DNA from: Candidatus Poribacteria bacterium
Lineage (GTDB): Bacteria > Poribacteria > WGA-4E > WGA-3G
Assembly: GCA_022821495.1 (NCBI GenBank)
Contig: JAJEDN010000078.1
Location: forward strand, 30,612 to 94,611
DNA length: 64,000 nucleotides
Reading direction: 5' to 3'
The translations under genes were made by a program, and so were the position numbers. The notes beneath the pieces were generated by a model. It was given only the letters and a program-made list of their open reading frames with translations. It was not told where the DNA came from and ran no database searches. Shown piece by piece: positions 10,334 to 17,875 of this stretch (position 1 is the first letter of the stretch; the number at the start of each line of letters is the position of its first letter).

Positions 10334-10555
10334 GGATTTAGGCTCAAAGTCCCCCTGATAAGGGGGATTTAGGGGGTTAGATTTTATAGCGTTCAGAAAA
10401 GTCCTCTGATGAGGTTCCACTTCAAAGTCCCCCTGATAAGGGGGATTTAGGGGGTTATCTTCAGGACTTAGGCCTCCGACTTCAAAGTCCCCCTGATAAG
10501 GGGGATTTAGGGGGTTAGATTTTATAGCGTTCAGAGATGCTATGGATTTCACAAG
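10299..10555. repeat. R1 repeat array: 4 copies of CAAAGTCCCCCTGATAAGGGGGATTTAGGGGGTTAG with interspersed attttatagcgttcaga units
   Basis: Copies at 10299-10333, 10345-10380, 10423-10458, 10483-10518. Spacing 46/78/60 bp is irregular and the spacers resemble each other. Confidence 0.85.
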
Positions 10556-10580
10556 AAAACGGTCTACCACAAGATATTAA

Positions 10581-10616
10581 CTGACAACTGACAACTGACA
10601 ACTTATAACTGATAAC
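10581..10616. repeat. Heptamer tandem repeat (CTGAYAA)x5 just upstream of amidohydrolase paralog 2
   Basis: ctgacaa ctgacaa ctgacaa cttataa ctgataa. Confidence 0.8.
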
Positions 10617-10633
10617 CCATAGGGATCAACGCC

Positions 10634-11710
10634 ATGGAAAACACAAAAACGAAACGTTTGAAATATCCAGTAATTGATTGCGATATCCATAACTCTGTTC
10701 CACCCGGCGGGTTGTCCCCTTATCTATCCCAGCGGTGGCAGGATCATCACACGACTTTCGGTCTCCGTGGTCAAATCGGCGGATACTATCCGCGAGCACT
10801 CCTGAATGCTGCACGCCACGACGCATGGCCCCCCTCAGGTCTCTCTCCCGGTGCAGATTTGGGGTTCATGCAGGAGCAACTACTGGATGCGTGGGATATT
10901 GAATACGGTGTGCTTAACCCGTTAATCCCTGTCGGTGAACAGCTGAATCTTGAGTATAGTGATGCGCTCGCAAGTGCCGTCAACGACTGGCAGGTTGCCG
11001 ATTGGGTAGAACCTGAACCCCGTCTACGCGCCTCCATTGTCCTTCCGTATGAAAACGGGGATCTCGCCGCTGCGGAAATCCATCGGTGCGGTCCAAATCC
11101 AGCGTTTGTTCAGATCTTGCTCCTCGCGCGCACGCGGGAACCCCTTGGCAACCGAAAATATTGGAAAATCTACGAGGCAGCCGTTGAATACGATCTACCC
11201 ATCGGTATCCATTTCGGCGGCAATCAGGGACCCATTACAGGTGCCGGGTGGCCCTCCTACTACATAGAGGACCACGGCGGTATGCCGCAAGCCTTCCACA
11301 CCCAAGTTATTAGTTATGTGTGTGAAGGGATATTTGACCGTTTTCCGACGCTCAAGGTTGTGCTAATTGAGGGCGGCTTTGCATGGCTCCCACCGCTCAT
11401 CTGGCGACTGGATGCCACTTGGGAAAAACTCCGATCCGAAATCCCGGACCTCAAACGGAAACCCTCGGAATACATCCGCGACCATTTCTGGCTCAGCACA
11501 CAACCGATGGAAGAACCACCGAAACGTGAGTATTTCGAGCAGCTGCTTGAACAGATGGACATGAACGACAAACTCATGTTCGCAACGGATTACCCACACT
11601 GGGATTTTGATGCCCCTGACCGTGCGCTTCCGAGTTTCCTCGCACCCGATCTGCGTAAAAAAATCTTATCAGAAAACGCCCGTGAACTTTACGCATTCGA
11701 TAAACTGTAG
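10634..11710 (+). CDS. Amidohydrolase-2 family metal-dependent hydrolase, paralog 2
   Basis: VIDCDIHNSVP, ATDYPHWDFD. Clearly paralogous to 9212..10333. Confidence 0.75.
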   Translation: MENTKTKRLKYPVIDCDIHNSVPPGGLSPYLSQRWQDHHTTFGLRGQIGGYYPRALLNAARHDAWPPSGLSPGADLGFMQEQLLDAWDIEYGVLNPLIPVGEQLNLEYSDALASAVNDWQVADWVEPEPRLRASIVLPYENGDLAAAEIHRCGPNPAFVQILLLARTREPLGNRKYWKIYEAAVEYDLPIGIHFGGNQGPITGAGWPSYYIEDHGGMPQAFHTQVISYVCEGIFDRFPTLKVVLIEGGFAWLPPLIWRLDATWEKLRSEIPDLKRKPSEYIRDHFWLSTQPMEEPPKREYFEQLLEQMDMNDKLMFATDYPHWDFDAPDRALPSFLAPDLRKKILSENARELYAFDKL

Positions 11711-11724
11711 TAGCGATTTCCCTT

Positions 11725-11760
11725 GTAGCATAGTTTCCTGTTAGGCTGTGCCTACTATCA
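11725..11760. repeat. R5 dispersed element (ttgtagcatag...ctgttaggctgtgcct), second copy at 36547-36590
   Basis: Shared ttgtagcatag and ctgttag[gc]ctgtgcct strings. Both copies lie downstream of genes and contain a GGCTGT..AGCC-type hairpin. Confidence 0.5.
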
Positions 11761-11791
11761 ACCAATAACCAACAACCAATAACCAATAACC
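11761..11791. repeat. Heptamer tandem repeat (CCAAYAA)x4 upstream of the Rieske gene
   Basis: accaataaccaacaaccaataaccaataacc. Confidence 0.8.
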
Positions 11792-11794
11792 TAA

Positions 11795-12232
11795 ATGCCC
11801 AAATACGTTGTAGCAACCCCAGACGAAATACCTCCCGGTGAACGCAAGATCGTCGAAATCGGCGGACGTTCCATCGGTATCTTCAACATTGACGGTGAAT
11901 ACTTTGCCATCCGTAACAGTTGTCCGCACCAAGGCGGACCGCTCTGCAAAGGCATCGTCACCGGATTCTTAGCGTCACCGACACCAGGCACCTATCACTA
12001 CACCCGCAAAGGCGAAATCCTCCGATGCCCGTGGCACAGTTGGGAATTCGACATCAAAACCGGGCAATCGTGGTGGAGTCCTGCCCAACGTCGCGTCAGA
12101 AAATACGAAGTCCAAGTCGAAAGCGGCGAGGAGATTGAAGCATCCAGTGCCGAACGCGAAAAAGGACCCTACGTCGCCGACACCTTCCCAGTCACCATCG
12201 AACAACAATACGTCGTCATCGAAGTCGATTAG
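11795..12232 (+). CDS. Rieske [2Fe-2S] domain protein
   Basis: CPHQGGPL (CxH) and CPWHSWEF (CxxH) boxes ~20 aa apart. Confidence 0.8.
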   Translation: MPKYVVATPDEIPPGERKIVEIGGRSIGIFNIDGEYFAIRNSCPHQGGPLCKGIVTGFLASPTPGTYHYTRKGEILRCPWHSWEFDIKTGQSWWSPAQRRVRKYEVQVESGEEIEASSAEREKGPYVADTFPVTIEQQYVVIEVD

Positions 12233-12269
12233 CACATAGTTCTCAGAACTTATGCACAACGCACCCATA

Positions 12270-12322
12270 CTTCCAATCCTCCAATCTTCCAGTCTTCCAC
12301 CCTTCCAATCTCTAATCCTCCG
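12270..12322. repeat. Degenerate 7-8 bp tandem repeat (CTTCCAAT-like) in convergent spacer, overlapping the PhyH stop
   Basis: cttccaatcctccaatcttccagtcttccacccttccaatctctaatcc. Confidence 0.6.
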
Positions 12323-13112
12323 CTTCGCCACCAATTAATTTCTCCTGATCCCCCGGAGAATAAAAATACGACCCCGGTTTCCAATCCCCGATATCCCCGA
12401 TCAATCGCCGTTGCCGCGGCGTACACCGCGCCATAAGTTCAGGCGAAGCCTTCTCATAATCAAACGGACGAAAACACTGATGGCTATAGCAATAGATAAG
12501 CGTCTTCCGAGCCTGTTCCGAACGATTCGCGACAACACCGTGCCAGAGTGCATGCGGAAAAACAGCAGCATCCCCCGCCTTCACGCACAACTGCACCGCT
12601 TCCGGGATATAGGGACCGTCCTTAACACCCGTCTCAGGAAAAGTACGGTTATGACTCCCTGGCACAATCGTGAAGTTACCGCTATCGGGTTTCTCAAGAT
12701 CCGTCAAAAAATAATGGATTTTCACTTGCAAAGGCGAACTTGATCGACTGACTCGAATCGTCCGCATTGCCTGCCCACCATCCGTATGCAGATACCCTTG
12801 ATCTTTCGGATTCGGCGGACGGACAATCACCTCCGACATACTCAGTTGGATAAAGTCCCCAATCAACTCACGCACAATCGGGAACGTCACCGGATGATCC
12901 ATCAGGTCGACGAAAATATCGTTATCTTCCATCACATTCCGCCGATCTAAAACAGAATCCGCAGTGACATTCTCACCTGTCCGAAACTCAGCATCCATCT
13001 CATCAACTGTCGCCGTCAGTGTTTCCACCTCTTCAGGAGAAAGCACCCCTCTCAGCACAATGTACCCCTCCGTCTTCCACTGCTTACGCTGCTCCTTCGT
13101 TAAGATTCCCAT
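12312..13112 (-). CDS. Phytanoyl-CoA dioxygenase (PhyH) family Fe(II)/2-oxoglutarate oxygenase
   Basis: N-terminal EGYIVLRGVLSPEEV, HTDGGQ (HxD), C-terminal HALWHGVVANRS. Confidence 0.8.
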   Translation of the reverse strand: MGILTKEQRKQWKTEGYIVLRGVLSPEEVETLTATVDEMDAEFRTGENVTADSVLDRRNVMEDNDIFVDLMDHPVTFPIVRELIGDFIQLSMSEVIVRPPNPKDQGYLHTDGGQAMRTIRVSRSSSPLQVKIHYFLTDLEKPDSGNFTIVPGSHNRTFPETGVKDGPYIPEAVQLCVKAGDAAVFPHALWHGVVANRSEQARKTLIYCYSHQCFRPFDYEKASPELMARCTPRQRRLIGDIGDWKPGSYFYSPGDQEKLIGGEAED

Positions 13113-13411
13113 CTGTACATCACCTCGCGCATCTGGGCATGTTTATTGGTGAAGTTTTACCTCCGATTTTATTACACACTAAATTAAATCAGAAATCAAT
13201 TCGTGTCAAGGAAAATAGCTGCTGGTCTCTATTTTTACCTTGGCTTTTTTCTGCCAATATTGCTATACTATTCTCAGTATTGTTGGGTAGTGATTGTTAG
13301 TTGTCTCACTTGAGGGAGTTCCTACCATCGCCTAACATCGGAAAGCAATGCTTATGAACAATGCAAATCCATAAGGAGAAAACAATGTTTATCCGATTAA
13401 GGAGTAAATCC

Positions 13412-13786
13412 ATGCGTTTAATAATGTTGATTTTAATAGTCGGAGTTATATTTAGCAGTTGTGATGATGCCGATATAGCCAATAGGAACTTGTCAAAAGC
13501 CGCCGACAATTTTGAAGTCGTCCGTCGCATAGTTTTTTATAATGGCATAACTGACACCTATATCTTAACGATAGAGGGACGGTGCAGTATACATGATGAC
13601 GGACTTGGGCAATTAGAGGTTGTCTGTAAAACAGGCGATAACACTTACAAAAAACACTTTCTCGGCTTATCAGACAACGTTACTTACTTTGCCGAGCAGT
13701 TGGAAAGTAAGAACGTAAGTGTGAATCATTATCGTGTTACGTTCAAACCCCGTGCTATCCTTCCCGATATTGATGTTCGCAACTAA
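13412..13786 (+). CDS. Small lipoprotein of unknown function
   Basis: aaggag RBS 7 nt before the ATG at 13412. Signal peptide plus lipobox LIVGVIFSSC. ORF is open from 13361. Confidence 0.55.
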   Translation: MRLIMLILIVGVIFSSCDDADIANRNLSKAADNFEVVRRIVFYNGITDTYILTIEGRCSIHDDGLGQLEVVCKTGDNTYKKHFLGLSDNVTYFAEQLESKNVSVNHYRVTFKPRAILPDIDVRN

Positions 13787-14001
13787 CTTTGGATACACTT
13801 TCCCGTTTGAAGGGAATGTAACGGTTGTCAGTCGTCAGTGCGGTTTTTCTGCGAAAAACCTTTCAGTTATCAGTTAAAGAGAGATGTTGTGGAGGGGCTA
13901 TAAAGTAACTGCCACAAAAAATTAACTGAAAACCGATAACTGATAACTCATCCCGGACACCTTCAACAATTGAAAGCCTCTGAGATAATCCCAAAAAAAG
14001 A

Positions 14002-14031
14002 TTGACATCCCCCTCCCTACAAAGGTATAAT
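14002..14031 (+). promoter_or_regulatory. Consensus-like sigma70 promoter (TTGACA, 18 nt spacer, TATAAT) for the Uma2 gene
   Basis: ttgacatccccctccctacaaaggtataat. aaggagaaa RBS before the ATG at 14087. Confidence 0.55.
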
Positions 14032-14086
14032 CTTACCAAGACCTTAATCTTGTTTTTCACGCATCACACGGCAAGGAGAAACACCG

Positions 14087-14833
14087 ATGGATACATACAA
14101 GAATGGGACCAACATACCTTACGCACCCACAGATACCGCAGACCTCTACCCCGAAACGGACGGTAAACCTATGGCAGCAAGCGACCTCCACCTCGAAATC
14201 CTTATTTGGCTTTTGCAAACGCTGAAGGCACATTTCGCACAAATGCCTGAGGTCTATGTCTCCGGGGATATTCTCACATATTACACCGAGGGCGACCCGC
14301 GCGCAGTCGTCGCACCGGATGTCCTCGTCGCTTTCGGTATCGCCCGAAAGAGACGACATACTTACAAGGTATGGGAAGAGGGGAAGGTTCCAGATTTTGT
14401 GATGGAGTTCTCAAGCAAAACCACCTATCAAAACGACCTAACAGACAAGATGGCACTTTACGCTGCACTCGGCATATCGAACTATCTCCTCTATGATGCC
14501 GAGGCACTTTATCTGCCTTCGCCCCTGATGGGATTTCAGTTGGTAAAGGGTGTTTATGTCTCTGTCCCGCCAGGCGTTGATGGCGGTATTCATTCAGATG
14601 TTCTTGGCTTAGATTTCCATATACGGGAGAGGCGTTTAGCGGTTTACGATCCGGTTACCGAGCAATGGCTCCAAACCCCCGCGGAGCAGCACGCCGCACG
14701 CGCCGAAAATGCCGAGACACGCGCCGAAAATGCCGAGACACGCGCGGCACAAGAAACCATTGCCCGACAGAAAGTTGAAGAAGAACTCAAACGCCTTCAA
14801 GAACAACTTGCACATTTACAAGCACGCACTTAA
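14087..14833 (+). CDS. Uma2-family (DUF820) putative restriction-endonuclease-like protein with C-terminal coiled-coil tail
   Basis: PETDGKPMAASDLH, VAPDVLVAFG, WEEGKVPDFVMEFSS, YAALGISNYLLYD are hallmark Uma2 motifs. The tail contains a perfect 21-bp tandem duplication (14700-14741) encoding RAENAET twice. Confidence 0.8.
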   Translation: MDTYKNGTNIPYAPTDTADLYPETDGKPMAASDLHLEILIWLLQTLKAHFAQMPEVYVSGDILTYYTEGDPRAVVAPDVLVAFGIARKRRHTYKVWEEGKVPDFVMEFSSKTTYQNDLTDKMALYAALGISNYLLYDAEALYLPSPLMGFQLVKGVYVSVPPGVDGGIHSDVLGLDFHIRERRLAVYDPVTEQWLQTPAEQHAARAENAETRAENAETRAAQETIARQKVEEELKRLQEQLAHLQART

Positions 14834-14853
14834 ATATGCTAATGTCCTGATTG

Positions 14854-14892
14854 CTGACGGAAACCGATGGCTGAAAACTGATAACTGACAAC
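14854..14892. repeat. Heptamer tandem repeat (CTGAYAA-like) upstream of the PhyH-HEAT gene
   Basis: ctgacgg aaaccga tgg ctgaaaa ctgataa ctgacaa. Confidence 0.7.
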
Positions 14893-14913
14893 CCCTAAAA
14901 GGGAGATTTAAGC

Positions 14914-16422
14914 ATGCAACCCAATTCACAACTAAAGGAAAGCCATAAACTCACCGACGCGCAGATGCGTGATTTTATTGTGAATGGATATATCACGATA
15001 AAAACGGAGCTGCCGCGCAGTGTTCATGAGACGATCTATCGCAAAACGCAGGAACTCACGGCAAAAGAAGGAAATTTAGGGAACAACATCTTGCCGCGTG
15101 TCCCCGAACTGCAAGCCGTTTTTGAGGATCCCACTGTCCGTGGCGCGTTCACGAGCATTTTGGGCGAGAATTACGTCATGCATTCGCATCGACATCCGCA
15201 TCAAAACCGTCCACACAGTGATGGACAGGGATTCCATAAGGATAGTTACTGGGGCTATCAGAAGGTGCGTCACCATTGCCCGCGCTGGGCGATGGCGTTC
15301 TACTACCCACAAGATTCGCCGCTCGAAATCGGTCCCTCAGCAGTCTTACCGGGCACGCAGTACTACAACACCCGAATCACCGAAGGGAACGATGGCGAAT
15401 TGGCACTCAGCGGCGAGGCTGGCACGATAGCTGTCATTCACTTCGACCTCTGGCACCGCGCCATGGCAAACCTGACCGATAAGACACGCTACATGATGAA
15501 GTTCCAATTCATCCGATTGGACGCACCAGAAGCGCCGGAGTGGAATGTGACGGATCCGCATTGGCAATCTGAAGACATCAATCCAGCAACACCCGCGCAT
15601 CAGGGAACCTGGCGACACGTCTGGAACTGGATGGCAGGTGAATCTAACGGGCGTTCGACATCGCCGACCAACGGAAACCTGACGAAGCACATTGAATCAT
15701 TAAGTGACCATGATCCATCTATCCGTTCCCACGCCGCTGATGAACTCGGCACGTTAGGTGAATCCGCTGCAGAGGCGGTGCCGCATCTCATCAAAGCGTT
15801 GCATGATGATTATGAACCCGTCTGTTTGAACGCCGCGTACGCACTCGGCGCAATTGGCGAACCGTCTGTTTCGCAACTGATTGAGGTGCTGAGTGATGAA
15901 AACGGAGCGACGCGACGGATGGCTGCCTACGCACTCGCTGCAGTCGGTACGCCAGCAGTCTCTGCTTTGAGTGAAGCGTTACAGCACACAGTGGATGCTG
16001 TGCGTGTTGAAGCCGCTTACGCTTTGGCACAAATAGGGGAGGCAGCGGAGCCTGCCATTCCAGCGTTGATGGAACGGACGAAAGATGATAATGTAGAAGT
16101 CCGCCGTTATCTGCCTGAAGCTTTTGGCAGCATCGGTCCCGCTGCAGCGCCCGCTGTGCCTGATCTAATTGATAGCATCGAGAACGACGATGATAAACAA
16201 GTGCGCTTTGAATCCGCATTGGCATTAGCACAAATTGGACCCGCTGCAAATGATGCTGTTCCGGTTCTGGCGAACGCGCTGAGAGATGAAGATCGTTATG
16301 TCCGGGATAATTCGATCCATGCACTAAAACGCATTGGCACCCGCGAAGCGGAATCGGCACTTTTTGATTATCTGCTCATGGCACGCTGGTGCCCGATCAC
16401 CCATCGCGAAAGCACACATTAA
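14914..16422 (+). CDS. PhyH-family dioxygenase domain fused to C-terminal PBS-lyase-type HEAT repeats
   Basis: N-terminal half with HRHPHQNRPHSDGQGFHKD and WHRAMAN (oxygenase-like). C-terminal half has ~7 repeats of the AA.ALG.IG pattern (E-Z type HEAT). Confidence 0.7.
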   Translation: MQPNSQLKESHKLTDAQMRDFIVNGYITIKTELPRSVHETIYRKTQELTAKEGNLGNNILPRVPELQAVFEDPTVRGAFTSILGENYVMHSHRHPHQNRPHSDGQGFHKDSYWGYQKVRHHCPRWAMAFYYPQDSPLEIGPSAVLPGTQYYNTRITEGNDGELALSGEAGTIAVIHFDLWHRAMANLTDKTRYMMKFQFIRLDAPEAPEWNVTDPHWQSEDINPATPAHQGTWRHVWNWMAGESNGRSTSPTNGNLTKHIESLSDHDPSIRSHAADELGTLGESAAEAVPHLIKALHDDYEPVCLNAAYALGAIGEPSVSQLIEVLSDENGATRRMAAYALAAVGTPAVSALSEALQHTVDAVRVEAAYALAQIGEAAEPAIPALMERTKDDNVEVRRYLPEAFGSIGPAAAPAVPDLIDSIENDDDKQVRFESALALAQIGPAANDAVPVLANALRDEDRYVRDNSIHALKRIGTREAESALFDYLLMARWCPITHRESTH

Positions 16423-16450
16423 CAAACTCGCATATTCGCCACCATTGTTG

Positions 16451-16475
16451 CAGGCGGGGTTTGTAACCCCGCCTG
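16451..16475 (+). terminator. Perfect hairpin caggcggggtttgtaaccccgcctg downstream of the PhyH-HEAT gene
   Basis: 11-bp stem with tgt loop, followed by tatcaatatttcat. Same GGGGTTTGTAACCCC core as 5386, 23323 and 30185. Confidence 0.5.
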
Positions 16476-16512
16476 TATCAATATTTCATAAGACATCACA
16501 TTAGGACCCAAT

Positions 16513-17664
16513 ATGAACTATCAACTTCTCATTAAAAACGGAACCGTCATCGATCCCGCACAGGGCATCCATGCCCGCAAAGATGTGGCATTCGCGAACG
16601 GACGCGTCTCAGCAATCAGTGATGAGATACCGACATCCGATGCGCGCGAAGTGCTAAATGCTGAAGGGTGTTTCGTTACACCGGGACTAATTGACTTACA
16701 CGTCCATGTTTTCTACGGCGTAAGCCACTTTGGGATTGAACCCGATCCTACCTGCTTGGCACGTGGCGCGACGACGGTCGTGGATGCCGGGTCAGCAGGC
16801 GCGGACACGTTCCCGGGGTTCCGTAAATACGTCATTGATGTCAGCGATACGCGCATCCTCGCACAATTAAATATCTCGTCGCAAGGTATGCTGACACAGG
16901 AGATCGGGGAGTTGGAAAATCCTGACTATGCAGACATCGGGAAGGCGTGTCAGATGATAGAGCAACATCGCGATATCATCTTGGGAGTCAAGGTACGATT
17001 GACGCGTGAGAGCATTGTTGGTGAGAGGGCACAGATGTTGCCGTTGCACAGCGCGCGTGAAGCCGCCGATGCTGCCGGACTCCCCATAATGGTGCATCCA
17101 CAAGACGCTTGGTGTGAATCTATTGACGATATATTGGCATTTATGGGTGAACGCGATATTTTAACCCACTGCTTCCACGATATGGAATGCGGCATCTTAG
17201 ATGAGCACGGCAAAGTTCGGGATGCTGTCCACGCAGCGATTGAACGCGGTGTTATCTTCGATGTAGGACACGGCGCGGGTTCCTTCAGCTGGGATGTCGT
17301 CCAGAAAGCGATGGTGCAAGGCGTTGAACCGACGACAATCTCTTCTGATCTGCATGTCTACAACGTTAACGGTCCCGTCTACGATCTCGTGAATGTCGTC
17401 AACAAATTCCTATATCTTGGTATGTCGCTTGACGATGCGCTTGCTAAGGTCACAAGTATCCCTGCCGAAACTATATTAATGCCCGGACAGGTCGGGACAT
17501 TAGCAGTTGATGCGTGGGGGGATGCAGTGATTTTTGAACTTCGCGAAGGTGAATTCCCGTTGATAGATGCGCGGGATCAAGTGAGGGTAGGCAAACAGAA
17601 ATTGGAACCGATTGCCGTTGTAAAAGGTGGACAAGTCTATCGCCAACACCACACACACGGCTAA
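16513..17664 (+). CDS. Amidohydrolase-1 superfamily protein (dihydroorotase / D-aminoacylase-like)
   Basis: VTPGLIDLHVHVF metal-binding motif, VVDAGSAG, IMVHPQD, FDVGHGAG. Confidence 0.75.
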   Translation: MNYQLLIKNGTVIDPAQGIHARKDVAFANGRVSAISDEIPTSDAREVLNAEGCFVTPGLIDLHVHVFYGVSHFGIEPDPTCLARGATTVVDAGSAGADTFPGFRKYVIDVSDTRILAQLNISSQGMLTQEIGELENPDYADIGKACQMIEQHRDIILGVKVRLTRESIVGERAQMLPLHSAREAADAAGLPIMVHPQDAWCESIDDILAFMGERDILTHCFHDMECGILDEHGKVRDAVHAAIERGVIFDVGHGAGSFSWDVVQKAMVQGVEPTTISSDLHVYNVNGPVYDLVNVVNKFLYLGMSLDDALAKVTSIPAETILMPGQVGTLAVDAWGDAVIFELREGEFPLIDARDQVRVGKQKLEPIAVVKGGQVYRQHHTHG

Positions 17665-17724
17665 AATTTCACTGGTGCGGTTTCTATTCTTGCACAAGGT
17701 TAATTTGCGAACGTGCGATGAATC

Positions 17725-17758
17725 GCCCTACTACAAACACACGCGTTCGTAGTAGGGC
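17725..17758. terminator. 10-bp stem hairpin (gccctactac...gtagtagggc) between convergent genes
   Basis: Perfect inverted repeat with a 14-nt loop. No clear U-tract. Confidence 0.4.
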
Positions 17759-17776
17759 AATTCTGCGGCGTACTCG

Positions 17777-17818
17777 CCCCGGGGAATGCCATAAGGCATT
17801 CATACCGTTGATTCATGC
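17777..17818. repeat. R3 dispersed element (CCCCGGGGAATGCCATAAGGCATTCATACCGTTGATTCATGC), second copy at 25677-25722
   Basis: Shares ataccgttgattcat 15-mer plus cc[ac]gggaatg[ct]cata[ac]gg with 25677-25722. Contains the GAATGCC/GGCATTC hairpin. Confidence 0.55.
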
Positions 17819-17875
17819 GAAGTGCATTATTGCCCGTCAATTGCCCAATTATTTTTCTCAGCCTCACTTTTCTCA

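Noticed and set aside
10299-10555. R1 arrays (here and 30211-30410) as CRISPR arrays
   Set aside because: Repeat spacing is irregular (46/78/60 bp). The inter-repeat segments resemble each other (attttatagcgttcaga..., tcttacatgc...gacttacgc...). No cas genes are nearby. Copies also occur singly (1-40).
10322-10570. Minus-strand ORF encoding repetitive NPLNPPYQGDFE peptide
   Set aside because: Entirely generated by translating the R1 repeat array. No start context.
15791-16360. 189-aa minus-strand ORF antisense to the HEAT-repeat region
   Set aside because: Arg/His-rich translation of GC-rich antisense strand inside a well-supported CDS. No signals.
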